From Botryllus schlosseri (lineage: Eukaryota), in assembly GCA_051294905.1 (NCBI GenBank), contig CM119371.1, positions 5,148,001 to 5,208,000 of the forward strand: 60,000 nt of DNA. Direction: 5' to 3'. The position numbers and the translations under genes were made by a program. This document shows positions 15,100 through 26,323 of this stretch, piece after piece. Position 1 is the stretch's first letter. Each line of letters starts with the position of its first letter. The notes under the pieces are model-generated. The model was not told the origin of the DNA. It did no database searches and saw only the letters and a list, made by a program, of their open reading frames with translations.

Positions 15100-16046
15100 C
15101 CGTAATTTTCCAAGTATAGTACGCCCCCATGTATAATAAGTACCCCTAAAATCGCATGCAAATTCTGGGGAAAAGCCTGTACCCATGTATAGTACGCACC
15201 CTGCATTTCAGTACATGAATAGTTCCGATTTCGTATACGATGTCATTCTGTTTTGCGATGTCACTCTTGAACAATCATTACACAGCGACCGCTAATCATT
15301 ATACAATTAGCGGGATTGTCTTCAAATGATAGTAGAAAGCAGCCAAAGCCTGCGAGGCGGGCGGCGCGATAGTTCAGGCTAGCGACACGACATCTTGAGC
15401 ACGAGGAGACCTTTTACAGATGCGATTGCTAATCATTACACAATTAACGGTATTGTCTCTAACCGATAGTAGATAGCAGCCAAACCCTGCGAGGCCGGCG
15501 GCGAGTTAGTTTAGGCCAACGAACCGACATCTTGTGCATGATGCCTATTACAGATGCGATTGCGCCTAGGCTAACGGTTATGTCATGCGCAACAAGTCTC
15601 TTGGAGATGCGACTTATTACGCAAGCGATTATATCTTGCGCACATGGCCTCTTGTATAAATTGGCCACACGGCCACTGTATGTATAAATTGCATATGCGA
15701 TTGTTCAGGCCTGTCGTTGACGCGGTGAATTGGCGAGAATTGCCTCACGCGAGTGTCTATTAGCGACCTTATTTAGCTCGCGTACAAATGGCAAACCAAC
15801 TCAGCAGGGTATCGCGTGCTTTTGCACACGACTCTCGTTAATTAGCAACACGCTTCCCACTAATTACTACGCGCGATGGCGGGAAGTGATGCGCGATTGG
15901 AAACAAACATGAAGATAGGTGTGATTCCAAGTTTTTTATCGAGGGAGATATTTTTCAAGGCTTGTTGTACCCATGTATAATATGCACCCCCCTATTTTAG
16001 GGCAAAAATCGTGAAAATCTTGCGGATTATACATTAAAAATTACGG
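15100..16046. mobile_element. pogo/Tc1-mariner-like MITE
   Basis: TIRs CCGTAATTTT ... AAAATTACGG with TA TSD on both sides. It is inserted about 8 nt from a PLK E2 donor site, and the paralogous intron at ~36145 lacks it. Confidence 0.85.
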
Positions 16047-17699
16047 TACTTATACCCTTCTTTTCCACAACTACAGAACGATATGGACAAAATTCATGTC
16101 TTTGAAAAATCCATAAAATCGAACGATTTGTTTGTGACTCAACCGCGATGGAGGCTTGTCTATTGACTCATTTTGTCTTTATGGTGCTTATTCACAAGAA
16201 GTGCCTGAACACCAAATTATTGATTGCATTTACTGCCTGGCCCGTGATACGTTTGACAATAACATCGTATCGATATCACGCTTTGAAAGATATACCGGTA
16301 TCGGCCATGGGAGGCAACAAATATCAACAATTTCTGCGTGGCCACAACTTGGTCATAGGAAACAACGCGACTGCTACACTGGAAATATTAATAGATACCT
16401 TATATTTTACAAGTGTCCATATACAGCGTTTCTAGTTTATTTCTTGTCCACGTATGACAATGACTGTGAAGGGATTATATCCTGAAAATGTGGTTAAATC
16501 TTCGAGAATGTCGATGCTATCAGTGAAGGTGCTTGGTATCAGTTTCATTAGTATTGGCTCAAAAACCCGAAATCGAGTTTGCTCTAGTTATAAAAAGCAT
16601 GTAGAAATGTCAACTTGCAAGTTCTTGACCATATTTGTTTTCACAAGAGTATTTACAAAATGGTATTATAGCATGTGACAAATATAAACATTCACGCAGA
16701 TTCTAAAGTGTCGATAAAGACGTCTCACCTTTGCCACATTTTATCAAGTGAAAGCTTGTTTGTTCCGACTCCAGTGAGTTCAAAGCATTTGGCAAATCAG
16801 CTTTTGTCAAGAAACGGTCCCCGCGTGTATAGTTCCCAGAGAGTCATCACACATAAATTCGGAGATCTCTTTCGTCGCAAGGTATACTTTTTTAGACATA
16901 ATCGTGAAATCAAATCAAAATCAATCTGCAGAATGAAATATCGTACATTAACATGCTGGCACCAGACTACTGGATGCTTAAACAGCACAACTAAATCAGA
17001 ACGAACGACATTTGAAAATCAGTGACTAACGAAAACACATCTCAATGGATTTGATTCCGAAGCACCTCATTCATTACATTTTATCGGAATAAGATTGGCT
17101 TTCAACATTTACATTAGTAAAAAATTACTGAAGAATCAGACTGACAGAACTACCACTATACAGGATAAACTGAGCAATTAATAGCTAGCAATGGCTGCAA
17201 GATCATCCCACAAATGAAAACCGATCATGACGATATCCAAGAAATGTAGAACGCTTGTTAACAAATGTACATCAATACACAAAAATGTAAAACGATAGGT
17301 GTCTCTTTCATATTAACCAGTGTTAATGCAATAGGCTGCATGAGTATCATGATATGTACATGGAAAATATGTGAGCTCATACAGTATGATAGCCAAGAGA
17401 GATGTAGTGATACGTTCACTCTTCAGGGCAATCACTTGGCACTGCTAGCATCAAAGCAACGCTGAGATAGCTACTTATGCACGACTCGAATAACCCAGGT
17501 ACTCGATCATACCCAGCTCCAGACGTGAAATATACCTAATTCGCCATCTTTATGAATTTGCAACTCTTTGAAATTCGATAAGTCACCAAGTATGCAAATA
17601 CATATGCAAATTGGTGATTGATCAGGTTCTAGGCAAAATGGAGTTTTTCATTGAACTGGAGGTCATTTCGAATACTTCCGACCTTTTTTCACTTGATCC

Positions 17700-17851
17700 A
17701 GACCTTACATGACTTCAAACACAACATGTTAATCCATATGATGCTTGATGTTGGCCGTTTCAGAAAGTTTCACATTCATGATTTTTGATATCAGCATGCA
17801 GAACTGTATGAAGCTTGTGGTTAGATTTCTTAATAAAGGCTTTTCCACATA
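17700..17851 (-). pseudogene. Detached 3' remnant of zinc-finger array 1
   Basis: The reverse complement encodes CGKAFIKKSNHKLHTVLHADIKNHECETF*, the same repeat type as 18328-19476. Confidence 0.75.
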
Positions 17852-18323
17852 CCGTAATTTTCCATGCATAATGCGACAAATTTTGCTGATTGATGCACAT
17901 TACGCATTGGTAGAAGTTTTGAAAAAATCTCTCTCGAAATAAAACTTGAAATCACACCTTTCTATATGTTTGTTGTCAATCCTGCATCACATTCAGCCAC
18001 CGTGCCTAGTGACTCGTATTAGAAGTGTTGCGAGCTGCCAATTCGCGAGGAGCGCAGTGCTGCGCACGAGCGCTGGCAATCGTCGCTACTTTAAAGCGTC
18101 AGCGACAGGCCTGAACAATTACATCTCCAACAGGACCAGAGCGCAAGATATAATTGCTGGCCGAAATAGACGCACCTCCAACAGGCCTTGCGCCCACGAT
18201 ATAGGCCTGATCGTTGGCCTGGGCAATCGCATCTGTGATAGGGATCGTGTCATGATATCATTGCTGGTATGAACTATCGCGTCGCAAGCCTCGCAGTGGC
18301 GTATTATTCATGGGAAATTACGG
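17852..18323. mobile_element. pogo/Tc1-mariner-like MITE inserted in the zinc-finger array
   Basis: TIRs CCGTAATTTTCCATG ... CATGGGAAATTACGG with TA TSD. Removing it restores TGT GAT ATA TGT GGA AAA (CDICGK). The internal sequence is related to the 15100 element. Confidence 0.85.
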
Positions 18324-18327
18324 TATA

Positions 18328-19476
18328 TCACAGTAATGCTTTTCCACACATGTCACATTTATACTTTTTGATGCCAGCATGCATATCCATATGTTCCTTG
18401 AGGCGACCCTTCACCGTAAATACTTTCGCACATACATCACAAATATGATTTTTGATGCCAGCATGCATATCCATATGATGCTTGAGGTTACCCGTCTGAG
18501 TGAATACTTTACCACATATAACACAGATATGATTATTGATGCCAGCATGCTTATCCATATGCAAATTGAGAGTACCCTTTCGAGTGAATACTTTACCACA
18601 TATAGCACATGCATGATTTTTGATTTCAGCATGCTTCTCCATATGATGCTTGAGGTTAACCTTCACTGTGAATGCTCTCCCACATATATCACAAACATGA
18701 TTTTTGATGCCAGCATGCATATCCATATGAACCTTGAGGCTGGCATTCTCAGTGAATGCTTTACCACTTACAGCACATGTATGATTTTTGATTCCAGCGT
18801 GCTTATCCATATGCAACTTGAGGGTACCCTTCTGAGTGAATGCTTTACCACATATACCACATATATGATTTTTGATGCCAGCATGCATATCCATATGACG
18901 CTTGAGATTATCCTTCTGAGTGAATGCTTTACCACATATAGCACATATATGATTTTTGATGCCAGCATGCATATCCATATGAAGCTTGAGATTATTCTTC
19001 TGAGTGAATGCTTTACTACATATAGCACATGTATGATTTTTGATTCCAGCATGCTTATCCATATGACGCTTGAGCGTGCCCTTCTCAGTGAATGCTTTCT
19101 CACATATATCACATACATGATTTTTGATGCCAGCATGCATATTCATATGAAGCTTGAGGTGACCCTTCCGAGTGAATGCTTTACCACATATAGCACACGT
19201 TTCATTTATGATGCCAGCATGCTTGTCCATATGCAACTTGAGGGTACACTTCTGCGTGAATGCTTTACCACATATAGTACATTTATGATTTTTGATGCCA
19301 GCATGCATATCTGTATGAAGCTTGAGGTGTCCCTTCTCAGTGAATGCTTTACCACAGACAGCACATATATGATTTTTGATGCCAGCATGAATATTCATAT
19401 GACGCTTGAGGGTATTCTTCCGAGTGAATGATTTACCACATACATCACATTCAACATTGTTGATGCCAGCATGCAT
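18328..19476 (-). CDS. Tandem C2H2 zinc-finger array (13 fingers, one with C>S, plus a truncated 14th); probably a last exon or pseudogenic remnant
   Basis: 382-aa ORF of 28-aa/84-bp repeats CxxCGKAFTxKxxLKxHMDxHAGIKNHx. A degenerate in-frame finger (KAFTGNSYLKHFIDMH) lies just upstream of the ATG. No effector domain was seen. Confidence 0.8.
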   Translation of the reverse strand: MHAGINNVECDVCGKSFTRKNTLKRHMNIHAGIKNHICAVCGKAFTEKGHLKLHTDMHAGIKNHKCTICGKAFTQKCTLKLHMDKHAGIINETCAICGKAFTRKGHLKLHMNMHAGIKNHVCDICEKAFTEKGTLKRHMDKHAGIKNHTCAICSKAFTQKNNLKLHMDMHAGIKNHICAICGKAFTQKDNLKRHMDMHAGIKNHICGICGKAFTQKGTLKLHMDKHAGIKNHTCAVSGKAFTENASLKVHMDMHAGIKNHVCDICGRAFTVKVNLKHHMEKHAEIKNHACAICGKVFTRKGTLNLHMDKHAGINNHICVICGKVFTQTGNLKHHMDMHAGIKNHICDVCAKVFTVKGRLKEHMDMHAGIKKYKCDMCGKALL

Positions 19477-20816
19477 ATCTATAAAATGCTTGAGGTAACT
19501 ATTCCCAGTAAATGCTTTCCAGTTTCCAATATATATCGAAATGGCGTTATTTCAAGTCATGAACAATAGTCAATACTGGATCCACAGATTGCTTTTCTTT
19601 ATGACACTAAAGAAAAGACCCCCAGATTTTCAGCAGTTCAGCATATAAACTTAGTTCAATTATAGTATGGCCACATCTGCAATGCATGAAAGTGTAGAAC
19701 TAATTTAAACAAGGATTATTATAAGATTGTAGACAGAGAAATCACGATACGGGGATAGAGTACAACATACAAACCTATCAATTACATGGAAATGACTGCA
19801 GCAATGAGAGTGTAAAAATCATTATAATACATTGTAATGTACCGGTAGTCTTATTGTTTCATTTTGTCGGACATCATCAATAGAACTATTAGATTGGTAC
19901 ATCAAGTTTCAATCATTTTAGTAACAAATCATTCATAACACGCGAAAAAAACACAACGACAGTAGCGCACTTCGGTGCATGTCTGCAAATGAATTAGAGA
20001 AATTTTCATAGAACCACAAAAAAGATATATCTGTGACCATGAACATTGAGCAGCTTCAATGAATATGCCTTGAAGTAGATTGCTCAGTAATAAAGTTCAC
20101 ATTAACAGTGCTACATTTCCTTTTATATAGGTTGAAAAGAAAAATATTCCTGCTAGTTTGTAGCTTGTCTTTCCTGTCAGAAGCACCGCGTCACCACAAC
20201 GCCTATGGTATGTTATAAGCTAGTCTGGATAAACATTACTGGACGATCAACAATCAAGATGGTCATTGACTCAGTGCATGATCAATTTACAACTGAATTT
20301 TTGACGGTGAATTGCGCCCAATTCATAGCCAACCATAGATATAAAATAAACATTCAGGTTTATGACAATTCATATCAGAAAATTACGTATCACTTTTCAT
20401 TGAACACAGTTTGAAACACGCCAATAACAAATGCATGACAACATGACCATCATTAATCACGGTTCCAAGTGACTACGTCAACATTTATGGCATTCATGAG
20501 TGGTTTAGGTTTATCGTTTTGTGGAAGCGTCCATGACCTTTAACCCGACCTTAATTTTACGCCACCACAGCTGCAAAACGAAACCCAATCCTACAATACC
20601 CTATCCTTAACCGAACATGAACAACTGGATAATTATAGTTATCTAATTACACTAATTAGAGCAACATGTTGGTACTACAATTCTAATCTAATTTCCGAAA
20701 TATGTCTGCGCTCTAATCGGCGTTGGGATGACTCGAGTCACGACTTGACTCGAGTCAGACTCTAGTCAACTTTTTCGTATGACTTGACTTGACTCAGCGC
20801 TTCAGAAATGTGGATT

Positions 20817-21120
20817 GGAAAGGAATGGATGTAGTTCATGTTTGTCCTTGATGTTATTGTGGCATATACACCGACTTGTGATATACATGCACACAATGTG
20901 CATTTGCCGCTGGACAAGGAAGGTGCAGATATAGCCTTTTCCGGCATTTTAAGTCTTGCACCACCCCTCCATGCCATCCCAGCAATGCATGAGCGCCAAG
21001 CAGGGAAGTCATGGATAGCAGTGATACTAATCAGGCCTTTGGTCTGACCCGTCCAGGGATCGAACCCACGACCTACAGATCAAAAACCAGGATGCTTCAC
21101 CATTACGTTATCTTGTCGGT
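20817..21120 (-). mobile_element. tRNA-derived SINE (copy 1)
   Basis: On the minus strand: ACCGACAAGATAACGTAATGGT (A-box-like) ... GGTTCGATCCC (B box), then GGTCAGACCAAAG..CTTCCCTGCTTGGCGCTCATGCATT and a short TCCTT-type tail. Paralogous to copy 2. Confidence 0.8.
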
Positions 21121-21159
21121 TCGACTCGTGACTCGGGCAAAATTTACGGGTCAATTTCA

Positions 21160-21489
21160 AAGGAAAGGAAAGGAAAGGACGTAGTCTATTTTTGTCCTTG
21201 ATATTTTTGCGGCATATACACCGACTCATGATACACATACACACGATCTGCGCATATGCATACCATGAGTGCATATGCCGCTGGACAAGGAAGTGCAGAT
21301 CTAGCCTTGACGACTTTCTAAGTCATGCACCACCCCTCCATGCTATCCCAGTAATGCATGAGCGCCAAGCAGGGAAGCCATGGATACCAGTGTTACTAAT
21401 CAGGTCTTTGGTCTGACCCGGCCGGGAATCGGACCCACGACCTACCGATCAAGAAGCCAGACGCTTAACCATTACGCTATCTTGTCGGT
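21160..21489 (-). mobile_element. tRNA-derived SINE (copy 2)
   Basis: On the minus strand: TAGCGTAATGGT A box, GGTCCGATTCCC B-box-like motif, the same central domain as copy 1, and a (TCCTT)n 3' tail at 21160-21180. Confidence 0.82.
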
Positions 21490-21608
21490 ATCAAGTCATC
21501 AAATGAACGATGTACCATGGGTATGTTCGGATCGGTCGGAATACGCTGGTGCCACTTGTGAGAACAACTAGTCATTAACCGATTGTAGGTTTCAACGATC
21601 CTCTATTG

Positions 21609-21997
21609 CAGTGGTTCCCAACTTTTATCTACCCACGTACCATTTTGAGGTTTTATACAGTGCTCGCGTACCACCTACATAAGTTACGTGCGGCGAAGAC
21701 GGTTAAAAATGTTTTCACCGTGTTGAGCTGTCGATGGCAGCAAAACATAAAATAAACTGCTCATACTAAGGCGCAGTATATGATTTCTGTAGTGGATCGA
21801 TTCGGAATTTGTGTGGTCAAATATACTAAAACGTAATTTGGTTAGGTAAGTCGATCTCTTCGCAGTAAGCTGTCATTGCTGGGATTGCAATTACCCAAGA
21901 AAAAGACCTTACCACAAAATCTTCACACTTGTACTACCAACTCCCTTCGATCGAAGGGAATCGACCCATGTACTTCCCGGAATGTTGTGTACCACTG
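21609..21997. mobile_element. hAT-type MITE
   Basis: Ends CAGTGGTTCCCAAC ... GTTGTGTACCACTG; perfect 8-bp TSD CTCTATTG (21601-21608 and 21998-22005). Confidence 0.82.
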
Positions 21998-22939
21998 CTC
22001 TATTGTTACATCACAAATACATCGACCTATTGACCACAAATGAAATGATCACAGCTTACGTTGTCGTAGTTAGCAGTATAGATTAATCAAATACAGAGAT
22101 TATGAATCGAGGGTCCAGCAAGCATTTTCAGTGTGTCCGCAAATCCTACAAATTTGCAAAATTGTTGAAGACCAAATTTATATTTCTCAATTAGAGGAAT
22201 CACGAGGTAGTTTTGCTTCTTAATTGTTCAAACTTCAGGACTGACATAATCATAATGATGGTCTTGGATGAAATATTCTACTAGGGAAACTCATTTTAGA
22301 AAACATTAGTCTACTCACTGATACAAAGATATTGCTGTTTAGAGATGAGATGTGTTGTAGGGTTCAAAACAATCTATTTGCAAAAATCCCTTTTCATCTG
22401 TGACATAAATAACCGCTATTCCATATTAACTTCAAAATGAGCTGCTAGATAAAAATGAATTGGCTGGACCTTGTGTGTTCTGTTTCTCAATATTGATGCC
22501 ATATATATCATACCAAAAAATTGTTTTGTGAAGCGCTACAGTCAATTATTACATCCGCCACCAGCTATCATTGTGGAAATTGATTTTTGGCATTCGTTCA
22601 TGTCAAATCGAAGGTGTGGATTTCCAAGCACGACAACGTGTTCCAAGAAATGCAGCTACAGGATTCGCAACATAAAGTCCACCCAATCTGTACATCAATA
22701 ATTCAATAGTATGATTTTATTTTTGATGATTTTTATTACTAGCCTACAGTTGATATTTGCGTCATAGTAGATTACGGTTGCACGATATTTGAGGTAAATT
22801 TGAACCAAAAATCGGGGCATGTGGTCAGTCTATTACGGTATTCTATGACTACTTACAGTCGAATCACATCGTTTATGTTAAGCTAATTTGAGAAAAAACG
22901 ATATAGGCTGAGTTAAAGCACGCATCAAAATTGTCAAAT

Positions 22940-23330
22940 GATTGGTTGGTATCGCAGGTCACACAAGCTGGTGACAAGCTGGAAAAAAAAAGGATTGATT
23001 GATCAAGTTACAAAGTTGCTCAACTTGACCAGTAAAAACACAATTTCGCAAGGAATAGGAGGGCTATTTTCAGATGTGAAGGATCAAGTTCGGAAACACG
23101 TTGTTTCTAAAAATAACAAGCTGTCCGTATGATCTTTACAAGTGGACAAAACTGCCGACGGACTCAAAATCTCATCTACTGGATTTTATTCGCTTCAATA
23201 ACCATGAGACATTGATTGGTGTTTGAATAATCCCCTCGTGACGGCTGTTACAGTAAGGCTGTTCCGGAAATAACATATCTTAAAACTTTACTCGCATAGT
23301 GATGAAATTGTCAGGTTGCCTAACAACGTT
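22940..23330 (+). mobile_element. Degraded hAT (Buster/Charlie-like) transposase fragment
   Basis: LTSKNTISQGIGGLFSDVKDQV...SLQVDKTADG resembles the LSxxTxxRRI..D..Q....FxLQLDESTD segment of Buster-type transposases and contains stops. Part of it is repeated inverted at about 51220-51390. Confidence 0.5.
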
Positions 23331-24276
23331 AGAAAGCAAGAAAGGTGATTCAGGTGATTCGTTTTACATTAAACAGAACTACTATACCTGTAACAAGGAA
23401 AACAAGACATTCAACTAGAATTAAAGTAACGAACCATTGCAAAAATTAGATTAGTATTGGATTGCTGGCATTTTGCTCTAATTAAACTGATGAAACAACC
23501 AGAACTATCTCGATGTCCAAGTCTGCTAACAGATATGGACATTTACCAGTTACACTCATTTTCTGTTCGGTCATAGGTCTGGTGATCAGGCAAAATCAAA
23601 CATCTGTATATCGTTAATGATCGATGGCTGTTACAACACAATGACAATGTTTAAAATCAAAATAATATTAGGGTGATTGCCGTTGAAGAATTTCAGAACA
23701 ACACAAAATTATTTTATAAATTCAATAAGAATGACTGAATATTTAAAAGCTTCAAAATTAAATTATATTCCACGTCACAAAGAAATACAAAAACATGAAG
23801 CTCAGTCTATAATAAATCAGAATTCAGTCCCATAAAATCAAGAATAGGAAATGTCTGTAAACACAGCTTAGTCGATTTCACACAACACGGATCTCTTGTA
23901 GCATTTTCAGGAATAGCATAAATTTAATTAGAATTAGAGCACATTAACATTTCACAAATTAGATTTTAATTATATAACTACCGTACCATTTCCCTCTAAT
24001 TTCTCTAATAACACAGCTGGTAATATCTAGTTGTCCAAGTCTGCTGTAGCGCTAATCAACATAAGGCTGTCACCCACTATCTCCATCTCCTGAGTAGTTG
24101 TTTGTAAGTCTCGCTATGAAATTATTTGCATTTCCACTTATCATTTCTACGGGCGTTATCTTGGCAGCATGAAAAATTCCAACCTAATTTTCAAATAGTA
24201 ATGACCCTCCGAATTAGACAGAAACATGATAAGGAAGTGCTTGCATTTTAAAAAGAGAAAATCACCACATAATAAC

Positions 24277-24849
24277 GGCCCTGTGGATATAAAGCTGTAT
24301 CAGCTGTATCACCCTGTGGATATAAAGCTCTATCAGAGGTATCACTCTACCTTTATGGGATCGGTGTCTTGTGTTCAAACAATTCTTGATTTTTTATTAT
24401 TATTTTTTTTCAATTACTTTACTTGGGATGCAAAATAGTCAGGTATCGGAACACAAGGGTATCGTCCTCTACAGTGATTATGCAAACATACAATGTCAGA
24501 CGTAAACTAGATCATCTCATCACCATCATTGGTTTATGAGCATTATCAGGACGCATTATAGCCAGGGCCGTAACAACACTTGGTCAGCCCCCCCCCCCCT
24601 AAAAAAGTTGGTCTTAGGCCCCCTATGGGGTGCTAAACCGACCCCCCAGGCTGTACGCTGTTTATCGCTACATATCATCTACATTGGGTGATATATGAGT
24701 GATACAGCTGCTGATACAGCTTTACCCACAGAGTGATACAGCTTTATATCCACAGGGTGATACAGCTGATACAGCTTTATACCCACTGAGTGATGCAGCT
24801 TTATATCCACAGGGTGATACAGCTGATACAGCTTTATATCCACAGGGCC
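24277..24849. mobile_element. Mutator/foldback-like MITE with tandem-repeat TIRs
   Basis: TIRs are built from GGCCCTGTGGATATAAAGCTGTATCAGCTGTATCA units; perfect 9-bp TSD CATAATAAC (24268-24276 and 24850-24858). Confidence 0.82.
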
Positions 24850-25998
24850 CATAATAACCGATTGCTTTACTTCCAACAAATTCGATCACCGATGTATGGC
24901 AGTAATAATATAACTCTTAATATCATATCAAGGAGTGTATGATTACAGTACCGTACTTGAAAATCATCTCTTACTACTCAACCTGAATTTTTGCAATTAC
25001 GGTAATGCGACATTCGAGTACGGTCAAGCAGCTCTATATGCTTCTAACACAAATCCTAATGCGAAATTAACCAAAAACATGAGACAAACATCAATACTTC
25101 CAGGGATGAAAGGTTTATACAACAAATTACTCAATTTGAAATTTTTAAAAAATTGCTATGCACATGCTGCAATACCTTCTTTGATATATTCCACACACAC
25201 TGGGAAATGTTCCTCATGATTACCAACAATCAATGTTCTCTATGAGCACGCCAACATTTATCGTTTTTACGTGAGATTCAAGTGTTTCTTATTTTCATCA
25301 CTTTTGTCTTCACCTCTTAATCGATACAATTGAGAGTCATTTGACCTGTGAAATGCAATGCACATTTTGAATGTGCGGAAACAATATATCATTTCCAATC
25401 GCCAAAACAAAAATGTGACAGTGTCAGAAATTTCATTTGCGTTCGCGTACTATATAGTCATGGTATTTTTTGGAACGCCTATTGGTCGTGATCATGGGGA
25501 TCACTTCCCAATATGTAAATCCGTACCGAAAAAGTGCTGCAGAATGTCAGATATAACCTTTTCGAAGATATATCTTTATCCAAACTCTATTACAGGCCGT
25601 TGTCAAGATATACATGCATTGAAAAAGCACCGTTCTTCGCCAGACTTGTACAAACTACTGGATTTTCAAATTGAGTAACCAAATTCGAATCATTCAATTT
25701 TAGACACGCTATAGAAAAAACTCTCGCAAATATAAAACACAACTATAGATTCAATCCCGAACGAATAGATCATCTTTATCTTATTAGAATCGGCTTTCTG
25801 CATGAACAATGAACACCGGTGCAAGTTTGAAATGGGATGGGTTTTGACCCTCCTCGAAAACCACCCCATAGCTGCTCAACTGTTACTAGTGATGATTCTG
25901 TGCTAGCAATGGCTGCAAGAACATCACCCAATAAAACACTGGCATCACCATTTACGTTAGATGACAACACGTTTTCTACTTATGATTCAAGTTTCAGT

Positions 25999-26111
25999 AT
26001 ATCGGCAGCTAATTTTCTTTTAAATGCACAACGAGAACTATAACTAGACGCTGTTCAAAATCATGAACTAGAATTATAACTAATTTGACATTAGAACTAC
26101 AACTAAGAGCT
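25999..26111 (+). repeat. Left copy of the 113-bp LINE target-site duplication
   Basis: ATATCGGCAGCT...AACTAAGAGCT is identical base for base to 31174-31286. Confidence 0.95.
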
Positions 26112-26323
26112 TTTCAGTGATTTTATTTCAAAGTGCATACACAAAAAATAAATTGTATCAGCTTTTAAGATGTTAATCTTATGGTTAAGCATGATGATAA
26201 GTGTGGGGTTCAACGTATAGAGTATATCATGGAATACATCAAGTTAGAAATGTTCAGGTTTTCCTTCAAGTAAGCTTATTCACAAGTATATTACGCTCAT
26301 ATATCATTTATATACAGACACTT

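Larger units (their letters stand above)
834..16880 (-). pseudogene. PLK1: Array 1 of decayed, duplicated PLK1-like kinase-domain exons (17 exon copies)
   Basis: Order in transcription direction: E1 16729-~16880 (KEISEF..RGPFLDKS*FAKCFEL), E2 16056-16204, E2 12594-12724, E3 11262-11387, E3 10565-10688, E4 9752-9940, E5 9113-~9240 (TLLVRKVPFGVMTLQEAFKIVKNENIIPHNIS), E6 8651-8798, E3 7965-8088, E4 7395-7577, E2 6513-6650, E2 5782-5914, E3 4674-4799, E6 3853-4015 (MLASDPSQRPSVKKVLATGFFNGNISQKLPTICLTM), partial E2 2541-2643, E3 1559-~1684, E4 834-1021. Translations match PLK1 motifs (HRSLxHxHVVGFHGFF..VLELCxRR; SLxELHKRR..TEPExRYY; KIGDFGLATKV..CGTPNYIAPEVL.KKGHSFEVD.WS.GC). Most copies are bounded by AG/GT, and many carry stops or frameshifts. 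Confidence 0.88.

Noticed and set aside
834..16880. Functional Dscam-like mutually exclusive exon cassette of PLK
   Set aside because: Many duplicated exons contain stops or frameshifts (e.g. E1 16729, E3 11262, E3 4674), and the order is not grouped by exon type. I could not assemble an intact kinase.
18379..19431. 350-aa plus-strand ORF and other alternative-frame ORFs over zinc-finger array 1
   Set aside because: Antisense shadow of an 84-bp repeat that lacks stops in that frame; no independent protein signature.
21040..21489. tRNA genes
   Set aside because: The tRNA-like heads lack a convincing cloverleaf and continue into SINE bodies and tails.
24277..24849. CRISPR-like repeat array
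   Set aside because: No unique spacers, eukaryotic context, and the repeats form the TIR arms of a MITE.
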